From Sphagnum compactum (taxonomy: Eukaryota): a stretch of 64,000 nt of DNA. The position numbers were made by a program, and so were the translations under genes. Positions 39,982 through 52,200 of the stretch are shown here, piece after piece. The stretch spans positions 33,470,213 through 33,534,212 of the forward strand of contig OZ234493.1 in NCBI GenBank assembly GCA_965153455.1, in the 5' to 3' direction. The notes below the pieces were generated by a model, which worked only from the letters and a program-made list of their open reading frames with translations, was not told the origin of the DNA and did not search any database. Each line of letters opens with the position of its first letter. Positions within the stretch are counted from its first letter, which is position 1.

Positions 39982-41258
39982 CTAAGGTTGTTGCAATCCC
40001 GAAGACATTGGCGACAATAACACACCAAACATCCAGTTGGTGGTGACTTTTTCATATGGATTATTGACCTGCACACCATTTTTCTGGCTGTTAGAGATTG
40101 TAGGTGCTGCTGCCGCTTTAGATCAAAAATCTTGTGAACTGGATCTTGCCCACTATGTTTTGTGGAAAATTTGGGACACGACAACTCAGATCCTCCAGGG
40201 TGCTTCCTTACCATCCATAACAGCTGAACACGGTGGAAGAAAAGTAGACAATTTTGCTGTTGTTGTCAAGCTTTTGCAGAAAGAAAATTTGTATGTATGT
40301 TGCAAGATTTGAAAAGCTAGGGTGAAGAAGTGGAGGGTTTCCTTCCTAGAAAGGAGAGTAGTTACTGACCTGAAGATGATGGTTGTCAAATGCCTCCTTG
40401 TGCAAACGGTCAGCTGCCTGTGCCATGTCTTCAGAAGCAGACAGCCATAAGGGCCATAGCCGTTTCTCAGACTGCAGAGGAGAATCACCCATACTTTGCA
40501 CATGTTTGTGCAGTTCGGCAGCTGCTGTCTCCCAATCAAAGGTGCTGTCTACTGTTTCTGTCAGCTCTTGTGCTGCCTGCAGCAGCAAATCAATTCTTCT
40601 GCTATTAGCTATCATCACCCAACCCCGACCACAATGTTTAGGGTCAGAAACCCTAAACCCTAAACACATGCATTTGATGAGGTGGGTAAAGCTTGAAAAC
40701 CTGCAGATGGGCTTGAAAGCGCAGATTCTCCACACAATGGAGCAAACAATCCTCATCGAGAGCAGTTGCAGCGGCAGCGGCCGGTGGGGATGGTTGCAGC
40801 AACAAAACCTCCCATATACTGTCATGCAACCATTCCTGCATCGAGCTCTCCAGCTTCCTTAACCTCATGTACCCCTCTCCTCCTCCTCCACCCAACTTCT
40901 GCAAAGACCCAAGGGCTTCTTCTCGCAATTGTCGAGAGCTCTCTTGCCAATCCAGGTCGGAGCAGAGCGCTAACAGACGAGCCGGCGTGCCTTCTGCCAT
41001 CAGATTGTCCATCTCCATATCGGCTGTTGTTGGCAGCAAGCTGTCGGATGATAGTACTACCGCTGCCCGAGCAGCACACTGCACTCCTCCTCTAGGCACC
41101 TTTCGGATCACAACATGATGTTGTGGGTATCTCGGCAAAGGCAAAAATGAGTGTAAACCTGTCAACCCCCTGGACGATGCTGCTGGGGTTGTTCCCTTAC
41201 TGTCGGCACAGGGATGGCTGTAGCACCTACCCGGAACCATGATTGTTGCACTTCCCAT
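39982..41258 (-). CDS. Uncharacterised protein, probable plastid transit peptide; exons 41258-40701, 40576-40370, 40223-40212, 40068-39982
   Basis: GC-rich coding-like exons. The S/T/R-rich N-terminus ends near VQCA. Canonical GT-AG boundaries all in phase 0. The last two exons are less certain. Confidence 0.65.
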
Positions 41259-44200
41259 CTCTTCAACTCTTGTTCTTGTTCTTGTTTGTTCTCCTCTTCT
41301 TAGCTCAGAGATGATGCTTCACAATCACCTCTTCAAGATGGAAATTCTTAAGCAGCAGCAATTGTTGAAAGCACACAACCCATCTCCAGAAAAACTTTGT
41401 GGTAAATTCTCCTCCCTTTTCTCTCAAAACTCTCTTCCTCTCTCACTTGGAGAAATCAATTCAGCAAAACGGATTCACTGAACCGTATCTATGTCAGGAT
41501 GGTGCTTTCCGCAACAAAAAAAACAACAGTGCAACAAAGCTCTCCTGCAACAAATGTTATAATCTTTGGATTTGTTTTCTCATGAGGAATCGCTTGAGAC
41601 TTCTTCCACATATGGAAGACAACAAACCCCCATAAATCCAAAAGGAATCGCGAGGCCTTTTCAGGAGACCGGGTTCTTTTCATTTGTTTGTGCGGGGCGG
41701 GGCGGGGCGGGGCGGGGTGCCGTTTCCATTCTTATCATAACCCCCGGTTCCACTTATTTCAGACATACAATATAAATGGACTCCCGTTCCGGTTATTTGA
41801 AACCCTCCGAATATCCGAGCTGCCAGATCCGGGTATAAAAACCGTCTCCAAGAAGAAGTGTCGAGAGGTTCGCGAAAGAACCGCCAAAGAACTGGCGGGT
41901 TTCGAGCTGGTCACCTAGGCGACTGTTTCCACGCACGAGAACCGCAGTTACGTATGGTACCCGGGTAATTTTTATTTTCGTTAACCGCGGTTACCAACCG
42001 TAATACCCTGAATTATACCCGTTGGGGGGAGGGTTTGGTGCGCAACAGTTTCTAATACCCGTCCCCGCACTGGGATTTTTTTTTCCCCTGGAGTGAACCC
42101 GTGCGCTGTTCTGTCAGCACGGGTGTGACCCCCACGGGGAAGCCATAAGGGTGACCCTGGAAAAGCATGGGTCGTTTGCACTTTTTGGATAAGTTCGTTC
42201 TTTTCAGTACTAGCTGTTACCTCAGTGGGACCCAGGTAGGTAGGTAGGTAGGCAGGTAGGTAGGTAGATGCCTAGAAACACTTTCCATAGTTACTTATTC
42301 TATGAAAATTTGCTCAACAGTTTAGAAGAACATGGCAGGTTGTAAGGAGCACATTACTCCCGTGATTTTGGAGGCCCATAACATTTTGTGTAAACCTCCG
42401 ATTGAGGTGAGGTCTAATGAAAAGTTGTAGTTTTTGTTGAGAGTTTTTTAGTTATATGTGACATGCCACCTGTATGCAAGTAAATTGGGACGATTCTCGA
42501 TGTTAACATGGCAATATTCTTCCTAATTATATCACATATCTTCCTACAATATCACATTTTCATACCTTCCTAATTCCATTTTGCAAGTTCCTAGTCGTTG
42601 GTTGGTTGAACCTCATAACTCATGCTCTTTTGTGTCTATTAACCCCTAATCTCTTGGTGCTGTTGTACAATGGAAATTGGTCTTGTAATTAGTTTGAGGT
42701 GTGACGTATTTACTTTTTACCCTCGTAGGGAGGGTGAGATTGTTGTTCCATGGGGTGGTGCTGCTGTCGTCTTCTCTCAAGTCCTGGTCTGGTCCAGAGA
42801 GAGTAACTAGGGTTCCCCATTTATCAATCCACACATTACAAGTGGAACTAGCAGAACCAAAAGTGGAACCAGCAGATAACCCACCTTTCCCCACCACCTG
42901 GTTAAAGGTGAAAAATGTACTTCAATTAGACACTAAAACCCGTTACATGTTATGCAAAAACTTTGCATCTGGCCTTGTGCATGAGGCCCCACTATTTCTA
43001 TAAGTCTTACCTAGAACAAAATACTCGATCCCTTGCATGTGATATCAATCATGATAACTCAATTTCTTTTGTAGGGTTACCTTTCAAGTCTCCTCTCTCC
43101 TTTTTTGCTCATGAATTTCAAGAGAAAGGTAGCATGCACACCCCCCCCCCCCTTATGAGCTTTGTTAGTTTGAGTGTAGCACCTACATGGTTTTATCATA
43201 GTGCTTGAATAACATTAACATTTGTAAATAAGTCAAATGAATCGAAACGTAACAACCTAATGGATGGAATTAAATAATTATTGCTAGGTACCTAACATGT
43301 CTCTTGAATGGTTGTCGGTTCCAAAAATTGGTAAGCAATTGCAAGTTATGTAAGGCTTGCAAGACAACAAGTGTGATTGATAATGGGTCATGAATTGTGC
43401 AACCATGCAAACCATTGCCCATTAACACATGTGAAGTTTTGTGTAAGGGGTGTTTAACTTCCTCTAATAAGAAGGGGAGACCATTTCGGACCTATCATAC
43501 ATTATGGATGGTTCACACAAACATGTACTTATCAAGTTGAATGGGTTTAATGATAACATCCACCAAAATGAGGACCTTAATGTCTTGAAGTAGATAATAA
43601 GTTCCTTCATCAATTAACTTATGCAATTGAAAAAGATATTAATAGGAAGAAAATTAAAATGAATAAAAATATTTCAAATCAGGAAATTCCTTTCACGAAT
43701 CACAAATAGAATAAATCTAGCAAGTTTTTAATCTAAATATATTTAATTTGTCTTCATTTGACATACAATAATATTCCAATGTTGGGAAGTTTGAATATTA
43801 TCTTTTTATCCAATTCAAAAGTTAACTTGCTTGGGAAACCATGTTAAAAAATTTAACAAGTACTAAACTTTCAATGCCAAGAAAAAAAAACCCTTAATTT
43901 GAAAATTGAAATTTAAAATACATTATTGAAATAATTAATATTGTAATATATTATTTAATAAAAAAATAAACTTCATTGGACCATTTTTCAAAAAAGGCCA
44001 TCATAATGACGATTAGTTACAATTATTATGAATGGTCAATGGATGAAAGTGTATATGTTAATCATATATATCACCTTGAAATGTGATGATATCATGTCAA
44101 ATCATCATTTGTGATTAAATGTTGCATGCAACTTCACTTATACAACTAATAAAATTTTAATTATACATGTTGATTGTAACTTATTTTTAACTGCAAATTA

Positions 44201-45419
44201 CAATAACAAATTGAGACTTTTTTTTTCTAATGTATCGTAATTTGTAAAAATTGATGTTTTTCTTAAACAAGGTTTTTAGTCCCCTGTAGACCTTCACCAT
44301 CTCCATTAGTTTCTACCATTTTATTTCATGTTCATTATTTAGACCAAATTTTCGTACTTTTATGCGCAATACAAAAAAAACAGTTAAAATCTTTCAACGT
44401 AAAACAATTGACCATGGGCGTTTGTCCCAAACAATCACCAAGAATTAAAACAAAACCAACATCCTTACTAAAAGTTCAAAAATGGGTACTTAACTCATTG
44501 CAATCTAACTTTTATTTGCAACATTTCCAACCCATTCTCCAAAACCTTCCATTCTAGCATCTTATCGAATTTGCCATAGCCAAAGATCATCAAAAGCCTC
44601 CAAACAAAACATAGCTTGCCTATTGTCTTCACATGAATTCCACAAAAGTAACACCACAGATTTGTCATCACCATCAATGTGCAACACAATATCAAACCAA
44701 CATCTAAAAACCAACTTTTCTTAAACCTAAACCCTAAACCCTAAAAACTCCACAAAAGATGAGTACTAATTACCTAGTCTCTTGTCATTTTTTCATTTTG
44801 GTTCCATGTTCCTCTTTCCATCTACTAGGTTTCATCTAGCAAAAACTTTGTTAACTTCCATATCATCTTACACAACCATGTGCAAAAGATCACTTTCAAT
44901 ATGTGAAATTTGCCAAAAACTAATGCAATACAATGTTATCTTACAAAATGAAATTGTGGTCACATGCAATGGAATCAACAAAACTTAGAATAACCAATGA
45001 CATGTGTTGTTGAATAATTATTGTAACATAATTTCACAATATATATATATTGCTTGAATGGGCAAAAGCATTCAATCACAATGTGACGGTAATTATTAAT
45101 TGTTGCAAGTTGAATGAATTTATTTTTAAAGAAAAAAATTGAAGAAAAATCTACAAACTTTGCCACATTTCTTTACATAGTTCAAATAGGTAGGCAAAAA
45201 ATTAAGGATGTTAATTTGTTTTCTTCATATTCTTCAAAGCCAAATTGGTTAAATTGACTTAGATAATTGCATTTTAACTACATTAAAAACCTAAGCCCAC
45301 CTTGTCTTGTGTGAAATCCAATTTCCTTAAAACTTTGTTTTTTTGACTTTTATTAAATTTCTAGTGAAAATTTTGAAATCCAACTTCTTTAAAAACTTGA
45401 CTTTTGATTGATGTTTCAA

Positions 45420-46390
45420 TTCCAACAATCACTCAAAATCAAATAACTTTTGCATTTCAAGTTTGATAATTACAAAACAACCTCAATACACCCACATTTA
45501 TTGAAGTTTTTCTAACAATACCAAGAACATAGTTAAGGGCCCCATGGTTTGAAAGTTCCTCAACATGCATGAGGAACAAAGAAAACAAACATACTACCTT
45601 CCTTAATTTAATGTTAGTGTTGCCTTTGCCATTGGCCCAAGTGTCAAATTGTTTCTTGACTAATTTAATTTGAATTTTGAATGTTTATTGAATCTCCAAT
45701 GACAAAGATTACTCAAAATTCATAGCTTCAACACCCTTAGGCTTTAAGGTTATGAAATTATTGTCATAAAATTTTATTCATTGAATGTTTTCCAAGAAAA
45801 TGAAGACTATGCCTTGCAATGTGTTGCAAAGCTTCTTTTGACCAAGTATCTCTCACTTCAATTTGCCCCAAATGTAGGAGATGCTAAAAAAATTAGTTTT
45901 GGTTACTATATTGAATTTTTACTGACAAAATCACTCAATATTCAATAACTCTTGCACTATAGGTCTAAACACTAAAAATTTGCCTCAATGAACCACTCAT
46001 CAAAGGATTTCCAACGATACCAAAAACATGGTGGGGGGCATCGTGGATTGGGAGATCTCAACATGACAAACAACAACCTTCCTTAATAGATAGACTAATA
46101 TGACACATGCTATCGGCCCAAGTCTAAAACATGACCCCCGTTTGTGAAAAAAATAATATTAAAAATTAATTTAATAGTGACAAAAATTACTCACAATTCA
46201 ATATTTCACCCACCTTAAATCTACAAATTATAAAACTATATCCATAAAATCATATTCATGGAAGGCTTTCCAATATACCAAGAGCGCATTCCAAATTCCC
46301 TCAAAAAAAAATTCATTTTCATTTTTATTGAATTTTCAATGAAAAATTTATTCAATATTCAATAACTACTACATCGCATGTTTAAACATC
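45420..46390. repeat. Diverged AT-rich tandem or dispersed repeat units
   Basis: Blocks like CAAAATCACTCAATATTCAATAACT...TTTCCAACGATACCAAAAACAT...CCTTCCTTAAT recur at about 45425, 45705, 45925 and 46180. Confidence 0.6.
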
Positions 46391-47661
46391 AAAGGGGACA
46401 AATGATGAATGAATTTCATCCATTTCATGAAAAGTGAATAGTGATGAAACATATTTTATCCATTACGAATTTGAAGTGATGATCGATGAGTTAAATGATG
46501 ATAGATGAACTTTAAATCATTGTACATGAACGGTGAACTTCATTCAATCCATCGGTGATGAATTAAAGAATGAAAGAACTAATATCATTAGTTGTGAATA
46601 ATAAAAAGGTGGAAGAGGGGGCAGAATGTGCAGTGAGGGCACTTTCTGGGACATGATTGCTTTTTGAATGCAGATTCTGCATTAAATTAAGCACTCTGAT
46701 TTTTTCAAAACCTGGCTAGAGAGAGCCTCAAAATCTCCTTTTGCTTCCAGAAGGTCTCAATTCTGCAATTTAAAATGCCCGAAAAGTGGCGGAATATGAC
46801 CTCAAAATCCCACTCTAAGTACGTGTGCAGTGGAAGGCTGGCTCGACAGTCGAGAGAACGTTATGTTGTTCTCGAGTCTTTGGGAACTCAAATTACTTTG
46901 TTCTCAGGTGTGTGGGAACTGAAGACCCCCAATGCGACTTGCCCTTGCCCAACATTTAAAACCGACATAAAATTTTGAGTCTGCCCTAAATAAGAAGATA
47001 ATAAGCAATGCTTGCCTTTGGAGGCTTATACGAAGTGTTTTTCCTTTTTGGCGAATTTTTGCCAATTGGCGACCCAAAAAAAAATAATCCAATTCTACTC
47101 ATACAAAGGACTTTTGTGAAAAACAAGGGTCAAAAGTTGTTACATTTGGAAGTTTTTTTTTTTTTTTTTTTCCCCCCCTGAAATCGCCATATTTAGATAA
47201 TAGGTTCCTGCAGGTGGCCAAAGTATAGCTGGATTCTTTTAAAATTTTCTACTTTCTTCTTGTGACCTGTAACCAAATTTGGCTAATTCCTATTGTAGAT
47301 GATCGCCAATGTGGCTACATCACAAAATTGGAAAAAAAACACACACACACACACACACACAATCAGTTTTTTATTTTTTAAAAATTATAATTTTGTGGTT
47401 TCAAAAGTTTTGGGAAATTTTTCAAATTTTAGCAAATTTTTCCGAATTTATACTAAAAACAATTTTCAATTTTTTGTTGCGAAAATTCGCCAAAAAAAGG
47501 GGGCGTTTGCTGCCCTGATTGTGATTTCTAAGGCGCCTGCAAAATAAAAAAAAGGAAAAAAGTTAGGTCAGGGTTTGAAATTTGTGGCCAAAGTTAAATA
47601 ACCGATTAAGGAACCGCAGGTTATTTGACACAAACCCGGTCCAAGTGTTTTATTTCTTGCC

Positions 47662-47795
47662 CGCGAGATGGCTTCCGCTGCTTTTTTCTGCTGCCCTCGA
47701 CGCACTGCCGCCTTAGCGGCGGCTCTCCGCGAGATGGTTTTTGCTTCTTTTTGTTGCTGCCCGAGGTGCACTGCCGCCTTAGCCGCGGCTCTTAG
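47662..47795. repeat. 66-bp GC-rich direct repeat at the promoter or 5' end of the RING-FYVE-SYLF gene
   Basis: CGCGAGATGG...GCTGCCC...GCACTGCCGCCTTAGC.GCGGCTCT at 47662 and 47728. Confidence 0.85.
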
Positions 47796-49035
47796 CGACC
47801 GGAGCTTTGTCCCTCGTATACGCTCTGAACAAGCGAGCAAGCAACCAAACCCTTTCTGCGTTTGGAGTGTGGAGTGCGAGGAAGGCTCCGGCGATTGCCG
47901 TCTGCGAAGATTACTTTCCAAGGATGTCTTTGCTTCTGTGAATTACCCGCAGATTGTACGCGAAGCCGCCTCTTCTTCCGCAGTGTTGGGGTATGTTTGC
48001 AGCTTTCTTTTGCTCTTATTTTTTTCTTCCTTGCGTCGGCGTACGGTAATTTTCCGCTAACGTTTTATGTTCGTGGATTTCCGACGCTTAGTTTCATCTG
48101 CTGCTTCTTTCTTCTTCTTGGCGGCTCTTTACAAGTTCATATGCTCCGCAATTTTGGTATGGTTGTTTCGTTGTTTCGATCCAAAGAGTTGTGCTAGGGT
48201 TTCGGATCCCGTGGTTAGATTCTTGTTGTTGTTGTTGTTGTTTCCTCCTTCCCATCGGCGAAAGGCATGGCACGTTTCGACTGCCTTTTTCATGCGTAGA
48301 AAGAAAGAAAGCAAGCTCTTCATTATCTTTGTAGTTTAAAGCTCCATCGGGCATCCCGTGGCCAGACAACTCTTTTTGTTTTCCACCGGGGAAGGGCACG
48401 AAGCGTTTCGAACGCCTTGCCCTTTTTCCATTCGTAAGAAGCTCTTCTGCATCATCTTCTATAGAAATCAATCGCTTGTCAAACAGGGGAGACAGTTGCT
48501 GAAGAAGAGGAGTTGGTGCATATGATTGAGTAGTTTTTAATTTCTAGCTCTTTGATGCCTTTTGATGTAACTTACATTCAATTTCATGCGGCAAGTCTCC
48601 ACCCCCTGTCCATCCATTTTTTTTTCAATTCCATGAATATCAAGCTTCCAGAATTTGCCTCTTTACTGAGTCTGCAAACGCTTTCTCTTCCAACAGATGC
48701 AGCAACTTGCTGCCCTATGCATGCTTGAATGCCCTTGCATACTGGTTGGTAAGTTTCTGGTTTCTACTTAACATCTTCAACAACTTTGTGTCAGATGGAA
48801 ACCTAAATATTTGTTCCTCCACTCCGAACTTGTTTCATTTGGGATGGTCCAATTTGAGAGTTTTAGATGTAAGTTTTTTTCTGCTAAGCTTTTGTGTCTG
48901 CACTTGGTTGCAGATTATCTTCTAGTTGCTTTCGTAAATTTGTTCTTGATTTCTGATTCTGTCAGGAGGAAGACGGCGGAGAATGGTGGTATCCTAATAG
49001 CAGTAGCTGGAGTATTGAAACAACTCAACAACAGA

Positions 49036-51548
49036 ATGGCAGAGGATATTGTAGCTTATCGGGGCAAAGGGAGTTCGACCCCGGATCATGATGAAGTTCC
49101 TACCTGTGCAATGTGTATGGAGGTTCTTGGTACCTATGGAGGGCCTGCTTCCTTGACCTGTGGTCACAATGGCTGCCTGGCATGTCTTCAACAGGTCTGT
49201 TTCATTTGTCTTGGATGAGCCACTTGTTTTGCTGAACCAGGTCAGAGCTTTAGCCTGCTTTCTTCATATAAGGCCTTTGTTATGTTTGGGGATTTGTTGA
49301 TTGTGTAAAAGGTGGGTTCCACAATTGTGCAGGTTCAGAGACACTCTGCACTGCCTCTATGCCCTCTCTGCCGAACACCATTCGATGCCGACCTCACTCT
49401 CTGCCTAAATTTGGAGTTACGTGATGCACTGGACCATGCACAGGCAGCCAGATCAGCTGTGCACTTTGCAGCAGCAGAGTCTCAATGGCAGGTCTCACAA
49501 CATAAAGGTCTGGAAGGAGAGGGGCAGAAGGGGCGCGGTCGTTATCAATGTGACCTTCCTTGGCCTGAAGAAACTGGGCCCTGGATTCCAGTGACTTCTG
49601 CAAAGGGTGGGAAGGAGGGGAGCAGTGCTCTTGTTGAAGACAACAGAGGCCACCAAAGTGACTATATGGGGGGGCAGAATACCAATACAGACCTGAATGT
49701 GTGGAATGTTTTGAGGGGAGCTTTAGCTATGGTAACTGGACTGGGACGACCAGGACCTGTGGGATATGGTGATCGTGCACCTGATTGGCAGCCTGCTGGC
49801 AGTTATGGAGATGGGAGTGCAGTGTTGGACAGATATGACCTAGAGAACTCTTGGAGAAGTAGCTATGGAGGTGGCCATAGTCCCAGTGCTCCACCTCTCT
49901 TGCACAGGGGTAGTGTGGATGATATTCGAGCAGTGAGGGCTCTTCTGGATGCAGAACCTCCAGAGTGGATGCCTGACAGTGCTGCATCTGCATGCATGCA
50001 ATGTGCTGCCAGCTTCCGCCCAGTGACCTGTGGCCGCCATCACTGTCGCTTTTGTGGTGGCTTGTTTTGTCGGAGGTGCTCATTAGGAAAGTGCTTATTG
50101 CCAGTGAAGTTCCGAGAACGGGCCCCCCAAAGAGTATGTGATACATGCTTTGAAAGGTTGGAGCCCATACAGCGTACTCTGGCTGACAGGGTCAGCAATG
50201 CTGCTCAGGTGAGTAAATTAGGGTGCTGGCATACAGGGATTTGGACCATTGTTAGGGGATCTCTTTGTAGGCTGTATAAAGTGTTATCAGGAGAAGACTA
50301 TTATCAAGTTGGTTCTGCTGTTTACCCTGTGTGTACTTTTGTGTAGTTTGATCCTAATAACAGGATTCTACTGTTGGATAGGTCGCAACACACGATGTGA
50401 CAGATATGAGCTGCATGAGGGGGTGGCTCAACAGTCCTGTTGGTCTCTCCATGGAACAGGAAATTTACAAAGCTACCAACACTGTGCGCAGCTACTACAA
50501 GGTGCTTCATGATTCTCTAGCTGTCTGCAGCTTATACAATGTCTTAGGTCCATGCTGCATGAATTCAACCCTGAAACTGAAATTGTTTGGAGTGCAGATT
50601 GGGAAGCTAAAACCGGAGAGGTCGATACCTGATACTGTTCTAAAAGGAGCTCGAGGGCTAGCCATTCTCACAGTTATGAAGGCTGGGCTGATGGTCACCT
50701 ACAAGCTTGGCACGGGATTGGTTGTTGCTCGGAGAGCAGATGGTTCTTGGTCTGCCCCATCAGCTGTTGCTTCTGTTGGTCTTGGTTGGGGTGCACAAGT
50801 AAGGGTGTCTCTCGTGCATTTCCTGTAAAATTTGGATGGATGTTAATTTTCTCTCTGTTGGTTGACTAGTTGGTTATTTTACCTTTGTGAGTTGATTTTC
50901 ATCTTTGAGTCTAGAAGCATTTTGCTCTGCTGGCATACAATACGTTTCTGAACAATATCTTGTATGTTTGTATGTTTGTGCTGGAATATTTGAAATGCTT
51001 CTCTGGGCTGATTGTCACTTTACTTTCACTGTCTTGTATGGTGAAGGTGGGAGGGGAGCTGACAGACTTCATCATTGTACTCCGCACAGCAAAGGCAGTC
51101 AAAGCATTTGGTGGACGTGCCCATCTCTCATTGGGTGCAGGCATGAGTGCTGCTGCTGGCCCTGTAGGTAGAGCTGCAGAGGCAGATCTTCGTGCTGGTG
51201 ATGGTGGGGCAGCTGCTTGCTATACTTACAGCTGCAGCAAAGGTGAAAGCTCTTTTTATGGCAATTGTATGTCAAGGTCATTTGGACTATTCTTTCTTTT
51301 GACCTGCAACCCCCAGGTTAGAATTGCTCATTTTGTGGTTGTCTTGAACAGGGGCTTTTGTTGGGGTCTCATTGGAGTATAATGTGGTGGCAACACGCAC
51401 TGACACAAATTTGAATTTCTATGGAGATGCATATCTCACTGCAACAGACATATTGTTGGGTCCAGTTCCACAGCCAAGGGCAGCAGCGCCCCTTTATGCT
51501 GCACTGCAATCTTTATTTGGGAAAGTGGATTCAATCACTTCTGAGTAG
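49036..51548 (+). CDS. RING-FYVE-SYLF(Ysc84) protein, CFS1/FYVE2-like with an extra N-terminal RING; exons 49036-49194, 49333-50208, 50382-50501, 50598-50798, 51047-51242, 51352-51548
   Basis: C3HC4 RING (CAMC...CGHNGCLAC...CPLC). PSAPP motif. FYVE domain (WMPD...CMQC...RHHCRFCG..FC..CS...RVCDTC). SYLF domain (ARGLAILTVMKAG, WSAPSA, GWGAQVGGELTDF, YSCSKGAFVGVSLE). Introns in phase. Confidence 0.95.
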
Positions 51549-52004
51549 ACACCACCATTCTGCTTTGTAACAAAAAATGGTCGTTGGTAAGTGATGTTCA
51601 AGCAATTGAAGTTTGATCTGTACAAATTATGATGAAGATACCTCCTAGCAGACTTGGGCTGCATTGTGAATATGGATGATAGCTCCAAATACCCTTCTCA
51701 GTGTTTAGCATATTTTCAATTGGTCACCTTCGGGCTGTGGTTGAATTAAGGAATATGCACTAGGACATTTTTTTCAATGTAGCACAGGTGTTGTTCCCAG
51801 CACACTATGCAAGGTGGGGTGTATATTAAGTGCTCTGCTTTGATGATGACCGAATATCTTCCATACTGTGTAGAAGTGACTGTTATAGCAGCTCCCTTGG
51901 GCTTGTTATGAAATACTTGAACAATAAAAGATGGAATGTGCTATGTGCAGGCTACGCTCATTTTAGAAGGAAATTCATCTTAGAAGGGACAAAATCATCT
52001 AACA

Positions 52005-52200
52005 CAGGCTTGGCAAGAAAATGAGATGTCCAAAATAGGAAACACAGTATAAGTTTGGTCTAGGTGTGAAGATGAAAGAGGCTTGGCAAGCAATTGGGAG
52101 TTGGTCCAAAGTAGAAAACACAATATAAGTTTATGAAAAAGACTTGGCAAGAAAATGGGAGTTTGTCCAAAATAGGAAACATGGTATATCACAGGCTAGG
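52005..52200. repeat. Diverged ~70-bp tandem units (another copy at about 52628-52720)
   Basis: GGCTTGGCAAG.AA.TG.GAG...GTCCAAAATAGGAAACAC.. repeated three times here and once downstream. Confidence 0.7.

Noticed and set aside
47568-48471. GC-rich ORFs upstream of the FYVE gene
   Set aside because: Explained by the promoter/5' UTR and the 66-bp repeat; no protein similarity.
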